Below, in pieces: positions 8,305-18,217 of a stretch of 37,725 bases of DNA. The number at the start of each line of letters is the position of its first letter. Positions within the stretch are counted from its first letter, which is position 1. This DNA is from a virus (lineage: Duplodnaviria > Caudoviricetes), in the IMG/VR virus record IMGVR_UViG_3300022930_000018, positions 1 through 37,725 of that record, one strand, 5' to 3'. The notes beneath the pieces are model-generated. The model searched no databases, was not told where the DNA came from, and saw nothing but the letters and a program-made list of their open reading frames with translations. The position numbers and the translations under genes were made by a program.

Positions 8305-8976
8305 TTATTGATTTAAAAATATTTTTGATTCATTAATTGTGATGACCCTTCTAAATAAAAAAACATTTTTAATAATTCCATTAAGTTCAGAACTTGCCAA
8401 TATTCCTGTTCCTGCTGCATTACCATAGGCTCCGATTATAAATGACCGATTCACAAAAGTATCAACTGATGAAACCGCAATTGACACAGAATTTAAAAGA
8501 ACATCATCAATAAATAAATTAAACGTTCCTAATGTTCTATCAATCGTGCAAAATATATTATGAAAATTTCCATCGTCATAACCTATTGCGCTTGTTGATA
8601 CTGTATAATTTACCGCTCCAAACCTTATAATGCATCCTATCTGACTTGAATCCAAATAAATAGCGTATCTCCCATTCGTATTACCACCAATTGATTTACC
8701 TATAATTCCTTTATTAAGTCCAATAATAGAATTAAATTTGACTTTACATCCAAATGACAAGCTGCCTGTTCCAAAATCTAAAAGCGTACTATTTGGAATA
8801 AAAGCGTATTGCCCTGTATTAGTTACTAAACCTCCCAATGAGTGAGTTTCTGTACCAACTGCAGAAGCGTTTAACCCGTTACCTGAAATATCCAATAAAT
8901 TGGAAGCCAAAGGCATATTTAGTGTCGGTTTCAATCTTCGTTTACCCGATTCGTAAAATAACACTGGATTAAACAT
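8305..8976 (-). CDS. LamG/concanavalin A-like domain protein; candidate receptor-binding protein
   Basis: LDISGNGLNA, SLSFGCKVKF, DDGNFHNIFCTIDR, LFIDD, LNGIIKNVFLFRR; start at 8976 gives a TAATG overlap with the upstream stop. Confidence 0.8.
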   Translation of the reverse strand: MFNPVLFYESGKRRLKPTLNMPLASNLLDISGNGLNASAVGTETHSLGGLVTNTGQYAFIPNSTLLDFGTGSLSFGCKVKFNSIIGLNKGIIGKSIGGNTNGRYAIYLDSSQIGCIIRFGAVNYTVSTSAIGYDDGNFHNIFCTIDRTLGTFNLFIDDVLLNSVSIAVSSVDTFVNRSFIIGAYGNAAGTGILASSELNGIIKNVFLFRRVITINESKIFLNQ

Positions 8977-10424
8977 TATCGATTTGATATTTGAAGGTAA
9001 AATGTATTTCCAGATCGTGTCAAACACGCTGTACTTCCAACTACACCATTTAAAATTGCAGTTCCATCAACTTGAACTAATGTTGCTCCTGAACCTGCAG
9101 TAAAAGTGATTGATGCACTTCCTAATTTCGTATAACTTGCAACGAAAGCGGATGCACTTGATGTTTCACAACTTAAATTAATAGCATTAACACCATTGGA
9201 AATCTTCACATTTCTTCCATGTTGGAATAAATTTGCAGTACCTCCAGAAGTGATTGCTCCGAGGGTATTTGTAGAAATTGAAGTTGTTGCAGTAATTGTA
9301 ATTTGATGAATATTTAAATCTGCGATCGATGCATCTTGCGCTACATTAGTAGAGTGCTCAGTATTAATTTGAGTTTGTAAATTAGCATCTGCAATTGCAC
9401 GATTTACAATTTCAGCATCTAAATCAGCATTTAATGCATAAGGTGATAAATCAACCAATTTAGAAACTACTAAAACCCCGTTTTTTTCCTTTAATTTTAC
9501 CCATAAACCATTTTTTAAAATAGTAGTTGTAGCAAATGTTATATGTTTAAAATTTTCAGTATCAGAAAAAGCAGTAGGTTGTAAAGTCAAATCATATCCC
9601 GAATTATTTAAAATCCAAAATTCAGCACCACTCCAAAACGCTCTACCAAATTTCGATGATAAAGTACCCAAAATAGGCGATGCAATAGTACTTGTGATTT
9701 CAAATGACGAAGCATAAGAAGTTCCCATTGCTATACTATAAGGATTTGAAGTAATATTTACTAATCTCCACGCATCAGAAGCGATTACCTTATAATTCAA
9801 ATCTTCTTCCTCAACTACCTCTCCCATTGCACTGACAATGATACGGGCGACAAATAAACCGTCATAATTAGGTTCTACTGCTTCCAATGCTTCTGCACCT
9901 TGTGCTAATCTTAAAATAGGGTCTTCTGGTTTTGCGTAAAGAATTAAAATCTTTTGTTCTCCACTTGTACCAACAATTGGCGCATAATTGAATAAACTCG
10001 GATAATAAAGCTCGTAAATCGAACCGTCAATTAAAAATGAATTTGTTAATCCAACGCCCGGAATATTTACAGTTAAACTATTTGCTGTTGTTTCAATCGT
10101 TCCCAAAGACAAAACCCTATCAAATTCGTTTTCGGGTCTGAAAGCACGGATTTTATAGGAATATTCGATTAATTCAATTCCATTATCAGGCATCCAATAA
10201 TTACCTTCCAAATCAATCAAAACAAATTCGGTCGCCAACGCAGGTAAATGATAGATTTCACCCAAAGTTTCTAAAACCTGATAACTTTCTTCATCTGTTT
10301 CGTTTGTAGTTCTGAAAAATGGTCGGGAATTGTACGAAAGCAATTTAACCACAATAACACCATCGAGATTTTCTGTAATCTCAATTCCATTTACTAACTC
10401 TTTTATTTGAATTTCGTGTGCCAT
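8976..10424 (-). CDS. Putative tail fibre / minor tail protein
   Basis: Position; coiled-coil LDAEIVNRAIADANLQTQI; Thr/Ser/Gly-rich beta-type C-terminus. Confidence 0.7.
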   Translation of the reverse strand: MAHEIQIKELVNGIEITENLDGVIVVKLLSYNSRPFFRTTNETDEESYQVLETLGEIYHLPALATEFVLIDLEGNYWMPDNGIELIEYSYKIRAFRPENEFDRVLSLGTIETTANSLTVNIPGVGLTNSFLIDGSIYELYYPSLFNYAPIVGTSGEQKILILYAKPEDPILRLAQGAEALEAVEPNYDGLFVARIIVSAMGEVVEEEDLNYKVIASDAWRLVNITSNPYSIAMGTSYASSFEITSTIASPILGTLSSKFGRAFWSGAEFWILNNSGYDLTLQPTAFSDTENFKHITFATTTILKNGLWVKLKEKNGVLVVSKLVDLSPYALNADLDAEIVNRAIADANLQTQINTEHSTNVAQDASIADLNIHQITITATTSISTNTLGAITSGGTANLFQHGRNVKISNGVNAINLSCETSSASAFVASYTKLGSASITFTAGSGATLVQVDGTAILNGVVGSTACLTRSGNTFYLQISNR

Positions 10425-11926
10425 TATGTTGCTTCTATAAATAAATCTACTTGTGTTTCCGCTAATCCATCATTCATGCTTGTACTATATCCATAGCTAA
10501 CTACTCCATTAACATAAAGGTCTAAAGATGTTGATCGAGGATTTCCATTAACTGAAATCGTACAATCATAAACTCCTATAGGAATATTTACTGCTGTTGA
10601 TTTTTTCGCATATTGACCAATATCATTCATCGATGGAATGGATAAAACGCCTCCGAAAGTACTGTTGACAATTCCGTTTCTTGTGTTTGCGTTTTTCTCG
10701 CCCTGCATATTTTCAAATCCAACGAAATCAAAACCTTCAACGTGTAATTTGTAAGTTTTAACTCCTGGGTTGGTTACTACTTCATCGGTGATGTAAATGG
10801 TTGATGTGTTGGATTTTGTGTACTGTAGAATATTTGAATAAGCCGTAACATCGAATTGTGTAACCGCTTTAAATCTTATTCTATTTTCTAAATATGAAAG
10901 TGCAATTTCTTCTAAATCAGCAGTATAATTTTTATAGAACACCCAATCAGTACCGTTGAAGATTTCCCATTCTTTTGTAACAACAGGATCAGAAGGATCA
11001 AAAACTAAACTCGCTAATTTCACATTTATATTTCCTAAAGTACCTTCTTTTGGTGTACTTGAATTATCTTCCCACGTTATAGAAACCGATAAATCAATAG
11101 GCTCAACCGATGAATCTACCATATTAATTGTGTGAGTCGTTAAACGACCTAATCTACCATGTTGGTCGACTATTCGATAAGAAAATAACTCCGTAAAATT
11201 ACCCTGAACTCCTAAATCATTATCAAAGCCATTCGGAAAATATACCAAATCATCTTTATCACAATAAGATATTAAATCGTTTATCGAATAAACATATCGT
11301 GTAACATTATTCGCTAAAAATCCTTTTGCCGGAACGCTTGCCAATTTTACTTTTAAATCGCAATCATATTCAATACCAAAAGCATTAAAATAATTAACAA
11401 AAAGCATATTAGTTAAAAAGAATTCACCGGAATTCGGATCGTTTTCGGGTTCGTGTGAGTAAGTGAAATTATAAGTTATTTCATCTGAATAAATGTCATA
11501 ATCTGCAACCGCTGTACTCGGCATACCATAGCCGACTAATGAAGCGTTAAAACCTATCATATCATCTACTGGGTCTGTAAAAGCAATACTTTCAATATAC
11601 GCTTTCCCGCTGTCGACATAAAGACCTTTTAAAGTTTTAATTTTCCAAACTATTAACTCTTTATCCCGCTTTATTCTGCGTAATTCTCGGTAGCTTATGA
11701 TATTGTTTCCGCTGTTTTCATCATCGTAAGTCATATATCCTTCCAATGGTATCGTATAACTTTGCATTGTAGGAATTGAAGTACGCCATCCCGCATTGTC
11801 GCGAGTGGTCGTTTCCATCATTTCCGAATTTTCCTCAATAGGATTTGAAGTAAGACAACCCACGGGAATAGTAACTCCGTTTTTAACGATGTAAAAAAGA
11901 CTTTCTGAACCTTTTATTAATTCCAT
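10424..11926 (-). CDS. Tail protein with N-terminal tail-tube-like domain and about 360-aa extension
   Basis: N-terminal ~135 aa align by eye with the major tail protein (IPVGCLTSN vs LPIGCLTSN; GKAYIESI vs GKAYLTSL). Confidence 0.75.
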   Translation of the reverse strand: MELIKGSESLFYIVKNGVTIPVGCLTSNPIEENSEMMETTTRDNAGWRTSIPTMQSYTIPLEGYMTYDDENSGNNIISYRELRRIKRDKELIVWKIKTLKGLYVDSGKAYIESIAFTDPVDDMIGFNASLVGYGMPSTAVADYDIYSDEITYNFTYSHEPENDPNSGEFFLTNMLFVNYFNAFGIEYDCDLKVKLASVPAKGFLANNVTRYVYSINDLISYCDKDDLVYFPNGFDNDLGVQGNFTELFSYRIVDQHGRLGRLTTHTINMVDSSVEPIDLSVSITWEDNSSTPKEGTLGNINVKLASLVFDPSDPVVTKEWEIFNGTDWVFYKNYTADLEEIALSYLENRIRFKAVTQFDVTAYSNILQYTKSNTSTIYITDEVVTNPGVKTYKLHVEGFDFVGFENMQGEKNANTRNGIVNSTFGGVLSIPSMNDIGQYAKKSTAVNIPIGVYDCTISVNGNPRSTSLDLYVNGVVSYGYSTSMNDGLAETQVDLFIEAT

Positions 11927-11929
11927 ACG

Positions 11930-11939
11930 CTCTAATATA
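11930..11939 (-). promoter_or_regulatory. Late promoter motif TATATTAGAG
   Basis: One of five intergenic copies; 3 nt before the ATG. Confidence 0.7.
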
Positions 11940-11952
11940 CAATTTTAAAAAG

Positions 11953-11974
11953 AAAAACCCACGGTTAACGTGGG
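11953..11974 (-). terminator. Intrinsic terminator of the tail operon
   Basis: CCCACG-TTAAC-CGTGGG-TTTTT on the minus strand. Confidence 0.8.
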
Positions 11975-12006
11975 AAAAAACACAATGAAGAAAGTTTTTA
12001 TTTCTA

Positions 12007-13881
12007 TTAACCAACAATGGTAACTTTTGTAACGTTACCATAATCCGGCTGAAATTCATATCGATAATCTATATCTCTAATTAATTCTGCATTGTCGTAC
12101 TCCTTAAAGTTTGTCGAATTTATATTTGTTTTAGTATCATAAGAATATTTTGAAATCTGATATTTACCTGTAAAATTATTAATTGAAATTTTAGACAAAT
12201 AAGGAAAATAACCACAAACATCACCTTCAAAAAAATACATAGGTCTTGGTGAAATCCTTAATGTATCTTCAACCATAATTTGCAGTAACGGTTTGGGCAT
12301 TTCATTGCCTACTCTATTCCAAAATTCAGTCGGATCACCGTTTTCTTTATACAAAGTTCCGTAGAATATATCTGATACTGAATCTCCGTTATTTACTACT
12401 TTATCCGATTTTGTAACCGTTGAAATTCTCGTTAATCTTTGCGCGGTGTGAAATTCGCCTTTTAAGTTCGATGTTTCATTAGGCACAACCGAAATTCCAT
12501 CAATAAATAATAATGGTGTAGGCGGTGGTAATGCCGTATCTGTTGCGTTATGCAATACTCTTACAAATAATGAAATTGACAAATCACCATCTTCGGGAAT
12601 TAAAGGTAAATTAAAAGTTTCTGAAAATGCCCCGCTATCCGCGCTATACGTTTTCTCAACTACTGTTCCCTCGTTTCCAGGTTTACCAATCCATCCCGAA
12701 TCATTCAATATAAAATTAGCCGTTTCGATACGATAAGCCAAAATTAATGGAAACATTAAATAATGAGTTCTAACGTAATTATTATAAAAAACTACACTCA
12801 ATCCATCACCTTCTGTAACGTTTATTGATTGATTGGAACTGACTACTAAATTATTAGTTATAGGCGTGTAAAAATCACCGCTAACCTTTAAACCTGTATC
12901 ATCATCTTGCGGGGAAACCCTACCTCCTAAGTCATAAAAAGTCCATCCCGTAATATCTGTACCGTTAAATTCTAAATCCGAATTTTCCGCAATTGTACGA
13001 ACTGTACCATATTTGTAATTTACTCTAAATGCTTGTGTACTTGGATTTATAGAAACTTTTTGGTTTGCTTTTGCGTGAAACACTTCAAAATTATCGATAT
13101 GAGAACCGATTTGCAAAACGGAATCCCATACAACGCCCGTTCTTTCCTCACCATCGTATCGTAAAAAATACATGGTATCAGCCACATCTATAGTCCTATA
13201 AATCCACCATTCCCCATTCATTTGAATAATGGTAGCGTTATAGATTTCTAAAACAGATTTTAAAACCTCTTCGCAGTCCATTATATTGTCTTTTTCCGCA
13301 TCTTGGTAGAATCTGTCCGCATTTATTAAAACAGACTTTAAAATAGTGTCTAATGAATCAAAACCTATGTATTTAGGTAAATCTATACTTACGTTTATTG
13401 GTAAATCATATCCGATTCGGTGCAAACATTGCTTAACGGCTTCAAATTGCGTTATCTGACCAACGTAAAAAAGCGAAATATCAAAGTCTGTCGGGTCTTT
13501 AATAAATGATAAATCTTTCAAAGTCGAAAGGCCATCCATTGCATCCATAGAGATTTGCCAATTGGTGTTAACGAAGTCTTGCCATATTCCATCAGGCTTT
13601 AAAATGCCATAAAAAATTACCTGATCATTTCGAGTTAACCGAACTTTAAATTTACTTTCCTCTTCTGTATAAAGGTCTTGTAAAGTCAAATCCTTATTAG
13701 CTTCTAAACTAATATCTAACGATGATGAAATAATAGGCTGTAATAAATCTTTTCGGGTTATGTAATCGTGTGAAACATATCCGTTAATCTCAATACTTTC
13801 GTCCTCAAAACTTTCATCTAATATTTCTACTAAAAAAGTATCGTTTGCAATTCCTTTGTATGTAAACCAATATTTAACCAC
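12007..13881 (-). CDS. Minor tail / tail-tip hub protein
   Basis: 624 aa directly after the tape measure gene; AMDGLSTLKD and IIQMNGEWWI patterns resemble tail proteins. Confidence 0.7.
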   Translation of the reverse strand: MVKYWFTYKGIANDTFLVEILDESFEDESIEINGYVSHDYITRKDLLQPIISSSLDISLEANKDLTLQDLYTEEESKFKVRLTRNDQVIFYGILKPDGIWQDFVNTNWQISMDAMDGLSTLKDLSFIKDPTDFDISLFYVGQITQFEAVKQCLHRIGYDLPINVSIDLPKYIGFDSLDTILKSVLINADRFYQDAEKDNIMDCEEVLKSVLEIYNATIIQMNGEWWIYRTIDVADTMYFLRYDGEERTGVVWDSVLQIGSHIDNFEVFHAKANQKVSINPSTQAFRVNYKYGTVRTIAENSDLEFNGTDITGWTFYDLGGRVSPQDDDTGLKVSGDFYTPITNNLVVSSNQSINVTEGDGLSVVFYNNYVRTHYLMFPLILAYRIETANFILNDSGWIGKPGNEGTVVEKTYSADSGAFSETFNLPLIPEDGDLSISLFVRVLHNATDTALPPPTPLLFIDGISVVPNETSNLKGEFHTAQRLTRISTVTKSDKVVNNGDSVSDIFYGTLYKENGDPTEFWNRVGNEMPKPLLQIMVEDTLRISPRPMYFFEGDVCGYFPYLSKISINNFTGKYQISKYSYDTKTNINSTNFKEYDNAELIRDIDYRYEFQPDYGNVTKVTIVG

Positions 13882-16216
13882 CTAATCTGAAATTTTTATC
13901 TTGTTGTCTGTTTAAAACACCTATTAAACTTTGTCCGGAAATCTCAAATACTACTCTTCCATCCATTCCACCGCCACCCGAAAACGATGACGAATAAGAG
14001 TTTGAACTTGCACCCGTACCACTTGAAACAGAACCGCCACCGCCACCCGAAAGAGTGCCTTTAATTGCTCCGCCTATCAAAGATAACGCTGCACCCGCTG
14101 CAATCATAGCAATCGCTGCCGGAGCTGCCGTAATTGGATTTAATAACATTTTTGAAAGTACCGACATTGCAAGTGCTGCAATACCATATTGAATCATCTG
14201 TTTTCCTAAATCACTTAAAAAAGATCCGATACCACCTAAAATAGCTTCTCCAACTGCTCCCATCACATTTCCACCGTTTGCCATTGCTTCACCTATTGCG
14301 CTAAATGAATTTGCAATTGTTTCAGTAACAAAATTAAATGATGTTGCGATTGATTCGCCTAAGAAATTACCAAAGTTTGATATTTGTGAGAATTGATCTT
14401 GTAATGAAAGTAAATTTTCTAAAACCGAAACTTTCAAATCTGAAAACGATGTTAAAACGGGACCTAAATTATCTTGAATTGCCTGACCAAATTCTCGCGT
14501 TCTATTTTCAAACGCTAACATAGAATTATAAGTTTCACCTAAGAAATTTATAAATCCTGCGCCCGAACCTTGCGCGATTGGTTCAATATCTGGAAGTTCT
14601 ATTTTTACGGTTTTTGCTTTTGCCTTTTCACCTCCTTTTTTTACCTCTTTAGTAATGGATTCTGCAACTTGGTCGCTAAATCCTAAATCCGTTATCGGTT
14701 TTAATTTCTGATTGCCTAAAGTATTTTCTATACCATCCAATAAAGCTTCTCCAACTTCATTAAATGTATCGTTAAATCCTTTTTTAAGGTCGTTGCCTAA
14801 GTCATTCATTAACGTTGGTACAGTAACCGCAATTTTACCCAATCCTTGCTTAATTGAATCTAAATTACCTGTTAAAGCACCTTTAATAACATCACCAACA
14901 CCTCCAAATAAAGCAGCGGTATTTTTAGCAAAGGATTTAAAGACTTCCCAAGCTGTTTTTAAAATATTCTTGATGACTGAAAATGAAATACGAAAACTCG
15001 TCACTAAGTATTGAACACCTCCACGAACTATAATACTTTCATTATAAAGATCACGAAAATAGTTAATTGTATCGATGATATAAGGTTTTATTTTACCCCA
15101 ATTCATTACAACAGCCGCAATAATACCCGCAATTCCAACGATAACCAATCCGATTGGACCCGTCATAAATGTAAAAGCCGTACTGATTGCTCCAAGTCCT
15201 GAAAGTATAGCAGGCCAAGACGCAATAAGACTACCAATAATAACTAATAATGGTCCCGCTGCAGCAACTAAACCACCAACTACCAAAATAGCTTGTTGTA
15301 TCCCTGGTGAAAGATTTTCAAAAGCCGTGATTGCAGTATCTAAATACCCCGTTAATTTGTCGATTATTCCGCTAATATCTAAGTTATCATCAATGATTTT
15401 ACCAATTCGAGATAACGTTAAAAACATACTGTCTTTTAGATTCTCAAAAGCGTTATTTATTCCCCCCGTTACTTTTGGTAGTTTCTCAAATTCTGCAGTT
15501 AATTTTTCAACAACTTGAGCACCCGTAACTCCCATTTTACCAATTGCTTCGGTATCCATTGTGCCAAAAGCATCAATTAAAGCTCCTCTTAATTGCGGTA
15601 ATTGCTCAGTTAACTGTCTTAAATCCTGACCAAATCCCGATGATTTATTTTGTAACTGTGTAAGGGCAAGAATAACCAAGTTCATTTCGTTTGCACCTTT
15701 ACCAACGGTTGCGAGTGCATTTCCAAACGCTAATAAAGACTTACGCGAAGCGTCCGCAGAAAACCCCGCTGCTTGTAAAGATACAGCACCTTTAACAGCT
15801 TCTTTTAAACCTAATCCGGGTAATTTAGCAACTTCTCTAAGTTTTTCAAATTCAATTCCCGCTGCAGCAGCCGAACCCATAACAGATTCTAAACCTTTTT
15901 GAAGTGCTTCAATATCACCGTAAGCCTTAACAGCAGCAGTTGCTAATCCTAAAATGGGTAAAGTTAAACCAATGCTAAGTTTTTGACCAATACCACCTAA
16001 TTGTTCTCCTATTTGACCTATTTTAGCTAATGGAACATTTAGACCTGCGCTCATTTTTTGACCAATAGAACCTAATTTAGTGCCTACTTGATCCCCAACT
16101 TGACCTATTTTACTGACTTTAGAAACGAATACATTTAATTGTGCTTCCGCTTCTTGCAATCCTTTATTAAGTCCGCTGTTATCCGCGCCTATGCCTACTT
16201 TAAGTTCCGCTGCCAT
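13874..16216 (-). CDS. Tail tape measure protein
   Basis: 780 aa, Ala/Gly-rich and helical, central hydrophobic segments, follows the chaperone pair. Confidence 0.92.
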   Translation of the reverse strand: MAAELKVGIGADNSGLNKGLQEAEAQLNVFVSKVSKIGQVGDQVGTKLGSIGQKMSAGLNVPLAKIGQIGEQLGGIGQKLSIGLTLPILGLATAAVKAYGDIEALQKGLESVMGSAAAAGIEFEKLREVAKLPGLGLKEAVKGAVSLQAAGFSADASRKSLLAFGNALATVGKGANEMNLVILALTQLQNKSSGFGQDLRQLTEQLPQLRGALIDAFGTMDTEAIGKMGVTGAQVVEKLTAEFEKLPKVTGGINNAFENLKDSMFLTLSRIGKIIDDNLDISGIIDKLTGYLDTAITAFENLSPGIQQAILVVGGLVAAAGPLLVIIGSLIASWPAILSGLGAISTAFTFMTGPIGLVIVGIAGIIAAVVMNWGKIKPYIIDTINYFRDLYNESIIVRGGVQYLVTSFRISFSVIKNILKTAWEVFKSFAKNTAALFGGVGDVIKGALTGNLDSIKQGLGKIAVTVPTLMNDLGNDLKKGFNDTFNEVGEALLDGIENTLGNQKLKPITDLGFSDQVAESITKEVKKGGEKAKAKTVKIELPDIEPIAQGSGAGFINFLGETYNSMLAFENRTREFGQAIQDNLGPVLTSFSDLKVSVLENLLSLQDQFSQISNFGNFLGESIATSFNFVTETIANSFSAIGEAMANGGNVMGAVGEAILGGIGSFLSDLGKQMIQYGIAALAMSVLSKMLLNPITAAPAAIAMIAAGAALSLIGGAIKGTLSGGGGGSVSSGTGASSNSYSSSFSGGGGMDGRVVFEISGQSLIGVLNRQQDKNFRLGG

Positions 16217-16460
16217 TTAATTTTTCTTTTACCTTTTCGGAATATATTTCACGTTCTCGTTTTAGAGCTTCAAAAGCCGTTGAACTTGCTTTTTTAGGTG
16301 TGTTATCATCTAAAGGAATGTATTTGTCTTTTGGAAGTTTTTTAGGGTCTATATGACCTCCTATTAAAGACGCGTACCCAATTTCACGAACCATAAACCA
16401 TTTTCGCTTTTCAGACCTTTCAAAACCCATTCTTTTTAACTGAAATTCTCGCCAAGTCAT
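16200..16460 (-). CDS. Tail assembly chaperone T part (C-terminus of the G-T frameshift product)
   Basis: Frame is open upstream to the GGGAAAG site; MTWREF motif. Confidence 0.8.
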   Translation of the reverse strand: MTWREFQLKRMGFERSEKRKWFMVREIGYASLIGGHIDPKKLPKDKYIPLDDNTPKKASSTAFEALKREREIYSEKVKEKLNGSGT

Positions 16461-16537
16461 TAATTCAGCAGTTTCGATATTAGGACAGTTTAATTCAAAT
16501 AAAATAAATGAATAAACATCTAAATCCCAATTAAATG

Positions 16538-16885
16538 CTATTTCTTGGCTTTCGGCTTTCCCTCTTCTTTACTTTCAGGAATATGGACTTGAATAGATTT
16601 ACCTAAAGCTTCCAAAAATGTGGCTACTTCCGTTGAATTAATTCCGATTTCATCTAACCAATCTAAAATTACATCTTTTGCAATTTCTTCTTTATTAGCA
16701 CGATATAAACCGTAATTTACAGAATGCCAAATTAAAGTAGGAACAAAGAAAAAAGCATCGCTCTCAATCTTTGTAAATACTTCTTTAATTGTAATGTTTT
16801 CGGATTTAGTAACACGTTCTAAAAATCCTAAACCAAAATGTGCATCGTAGGAATTACCCGCGATATTTAAAACTATTTTCTTCAT
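16538..16885 (-). CDS. Tail assembly chaperone (gpG-like)
   Basis: Between the major tail and tape measure genes, with a slippery site near its 3' end. Confidence 0.85.
   Translation of the reverse strand: MKKIVLNIAGNSYDAHFGLGFLERVTKSENITIKEVFTKIESDAFFFVPTLIWHSVNYGLYRANKEEIAKDVILDWLDEIGINSTEVATFLEALGKSIQVHIPESKEEGKPKAKK
16556..16562 (-). other. -1 programmed ribosomal frameshift site GGGAAAG
   Basis: G GGA AAG in the G frame; the -1 frame reads AESQEIAFNWDLDVY...ELMTWREF without a stop. Confidence 0.9.
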
Positions 16886-16900
16886 TGTAATAAGTTTTGA

Positions 16901-17317
16901 TTAAACAAATAAGTCTGTTGGTGAAATTGCTTCTACACCTACGAAAGTTCCGGAAAAAGTTACAACATCTTCAACGGGTGCAGTACGCTCCAACGATGTT
17001 AAATAAGCCTTTCCAAATTCAATACCTACGCCACCTCTTTTGATTTGCCAGAATGTAGGCGTGTCTTTTGCCATTTCAGCGCGTAACTTTTCATAAGTGA
17101 TTAATGTTTCTTCCTCATCATTCGCAACCGCTTCAAACGATAATTCGTAAGTCGCTTCTTGTGGGATTCCTTGAGGGTTTAAATTACATTTGGTTTTAGT
17201 TCCTTCCGTAATTTCTCGGGATTCCTGCAATCCGTTTGATGTAAGGCATCCAATTGGCAAGTAAGCAGTACCATCGTGAATGAAAAGTATCTCGTCTTTT
17301 CCTAATAAATCAGCCAT
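16901..17317 (-). CDS. Major tail (tube) protein
   Basis: 138 aa; GKAYLTSLERTAPVEDVVTFSGTFVG; canonical position. Confidence 0.85.
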   Translation of the reverse strand: MADLLGKDEILFIHDGTAYLPIGCLTSNGLQESREITEGTKTKCNLNPQGIPQEATYELSFEAVANDEEETLITYEKLRAEMAKDTPTFWQIKRGGVGIEFGKAYLTSLERTAPVEDVVTFSGTFVGVEAISPTDLFV

Positions 17318-17726
17318 TTTCTTTTAGTTTTAGATTAAAAATAATTATTTTTCTATAAATTGTTTGTGTAGAATTAACCTCTGACAAATCAGGTGCGAAC
17401 TCATAACTTTTATTAAACACCTCAAAATTTTCTATCACGATATTATTACACGCATTTAAAACAGCTTCGTGAATATCATCTACTAATACTCTGCTTCCGC
17501 TGTTTCCAGGAAACGTTGTTACAATATCCAAAGTCTGCTGAAAATTCCAAACTTTATTGCATTTCGTTTCCTGATCGTGTGATTTATCAACCGTTGACAT
17601 TATAATATAAGCATCCGAATTGTTTGGGATTCTCATATCAGAAATTATAATAGTCTTTCCGTTAACGATTAAACCCGTTAAAGTCGTGCTAAAATACTTT
17701 CTAATCCATTTGTCGGGCGTTCTCAT
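17310..17726 (-). CDS. Tail terminator / tail completion protein
   Basis: Size and position between the gp10-like gene and the major tail gene. Confidence 0.7.
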   Translation of the reverse strand: MRTPDKWIRKYFSTTLTGLIVNGKTIIISDMRIPNNSDAYIIMSTVDKSHDQETKCNKVWNFQQTLDIVTTFPGNSGSRVLVDDIHEAVLNACNNIVIENFEVFNKSYEFAPDLSEVNSTQTIYRKIIIFNLKLKENG

Positions 17727-17729
17727 TAG

Positions 17730-17739
17730 GTCTAATATA
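17730..17739 (-). promoter_or_regulatory. Late promoter motif TATATTAGAC
   Basis: Repeated intergenic motif, 3 nt before the ATG. Confidence 0.7.
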
Positions 17740-17773
17740 GTGATTTAATTTTAATATTAAATAAGAAAATACC

Positions 17774-18217
17774 CTATGCAGAGTATTTCTTTGTAAGTAA
17801 TTCGAGAAGCCTTTGTAAATCCTTTTCGTATTGTTGTTTCCCGCGCGTGTATGCAGGATATAAATAAGGTCGTGGTTGAAGTGTTCCCTGACCGTTTATA
17901 TAGAAAGTCCACGCCATATCTTTCCATTCGGGTGCAACATCAACAAAAGAACCTGTTCCGAACTCTACATAAGCAGCAATAGGTACTGCATTAACATAAA
18001 CAGCATAAAATAAAGAGCCTGGCGTTTTTGGTTCAACGTTTATCGATTGCGCTATTTTACCAAAGTTTTTGGGTGCTTTTTGAGTTGCATTTAACGCTAT
18101 TTCGTTGGCTGTGATTTGAGTTATCGATGAAACTTTCTTTTCGGCTTCTTCTCCAAACTTTTGCAACTCCCTGAGTAATTCTTTTTGACCTGTGATTTTT
18201 ATTTTAGGTTGCATCAC
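17774..18217 (-). CDS. HK97 gp10-like tail component
   Basis: AP..FG.IAQSI, AAYVEFGT, PRPYLYPAY motifs. Confidence 0.9.
   Translation of the reverse strand: MMQPKIKITGQKELLRELQKFGEEAEKKVSSITQITANEIALNATQKAPKNFGKIAQSINVEPKTPGSLFYAVYVNAVPIAAYVEFGTGSFVDVAPEWKDMAWTFYINGQGTLQPRPYLYPAYTRGKQQYEKDLQRLLELLTKKYSA

Noticed and set aside
8977-9027. N-terminal extension of the LamG gene
   Set aside because: Overlaps the upstream gene; the ATG at 8976 gives a standard TAATG coupling
8305-13881. Diversity-generating retroelement or invertible tail-fibre cassette
   Set aside because: No reverse transcriptase or invertase, and no template/variable repeat pair seen
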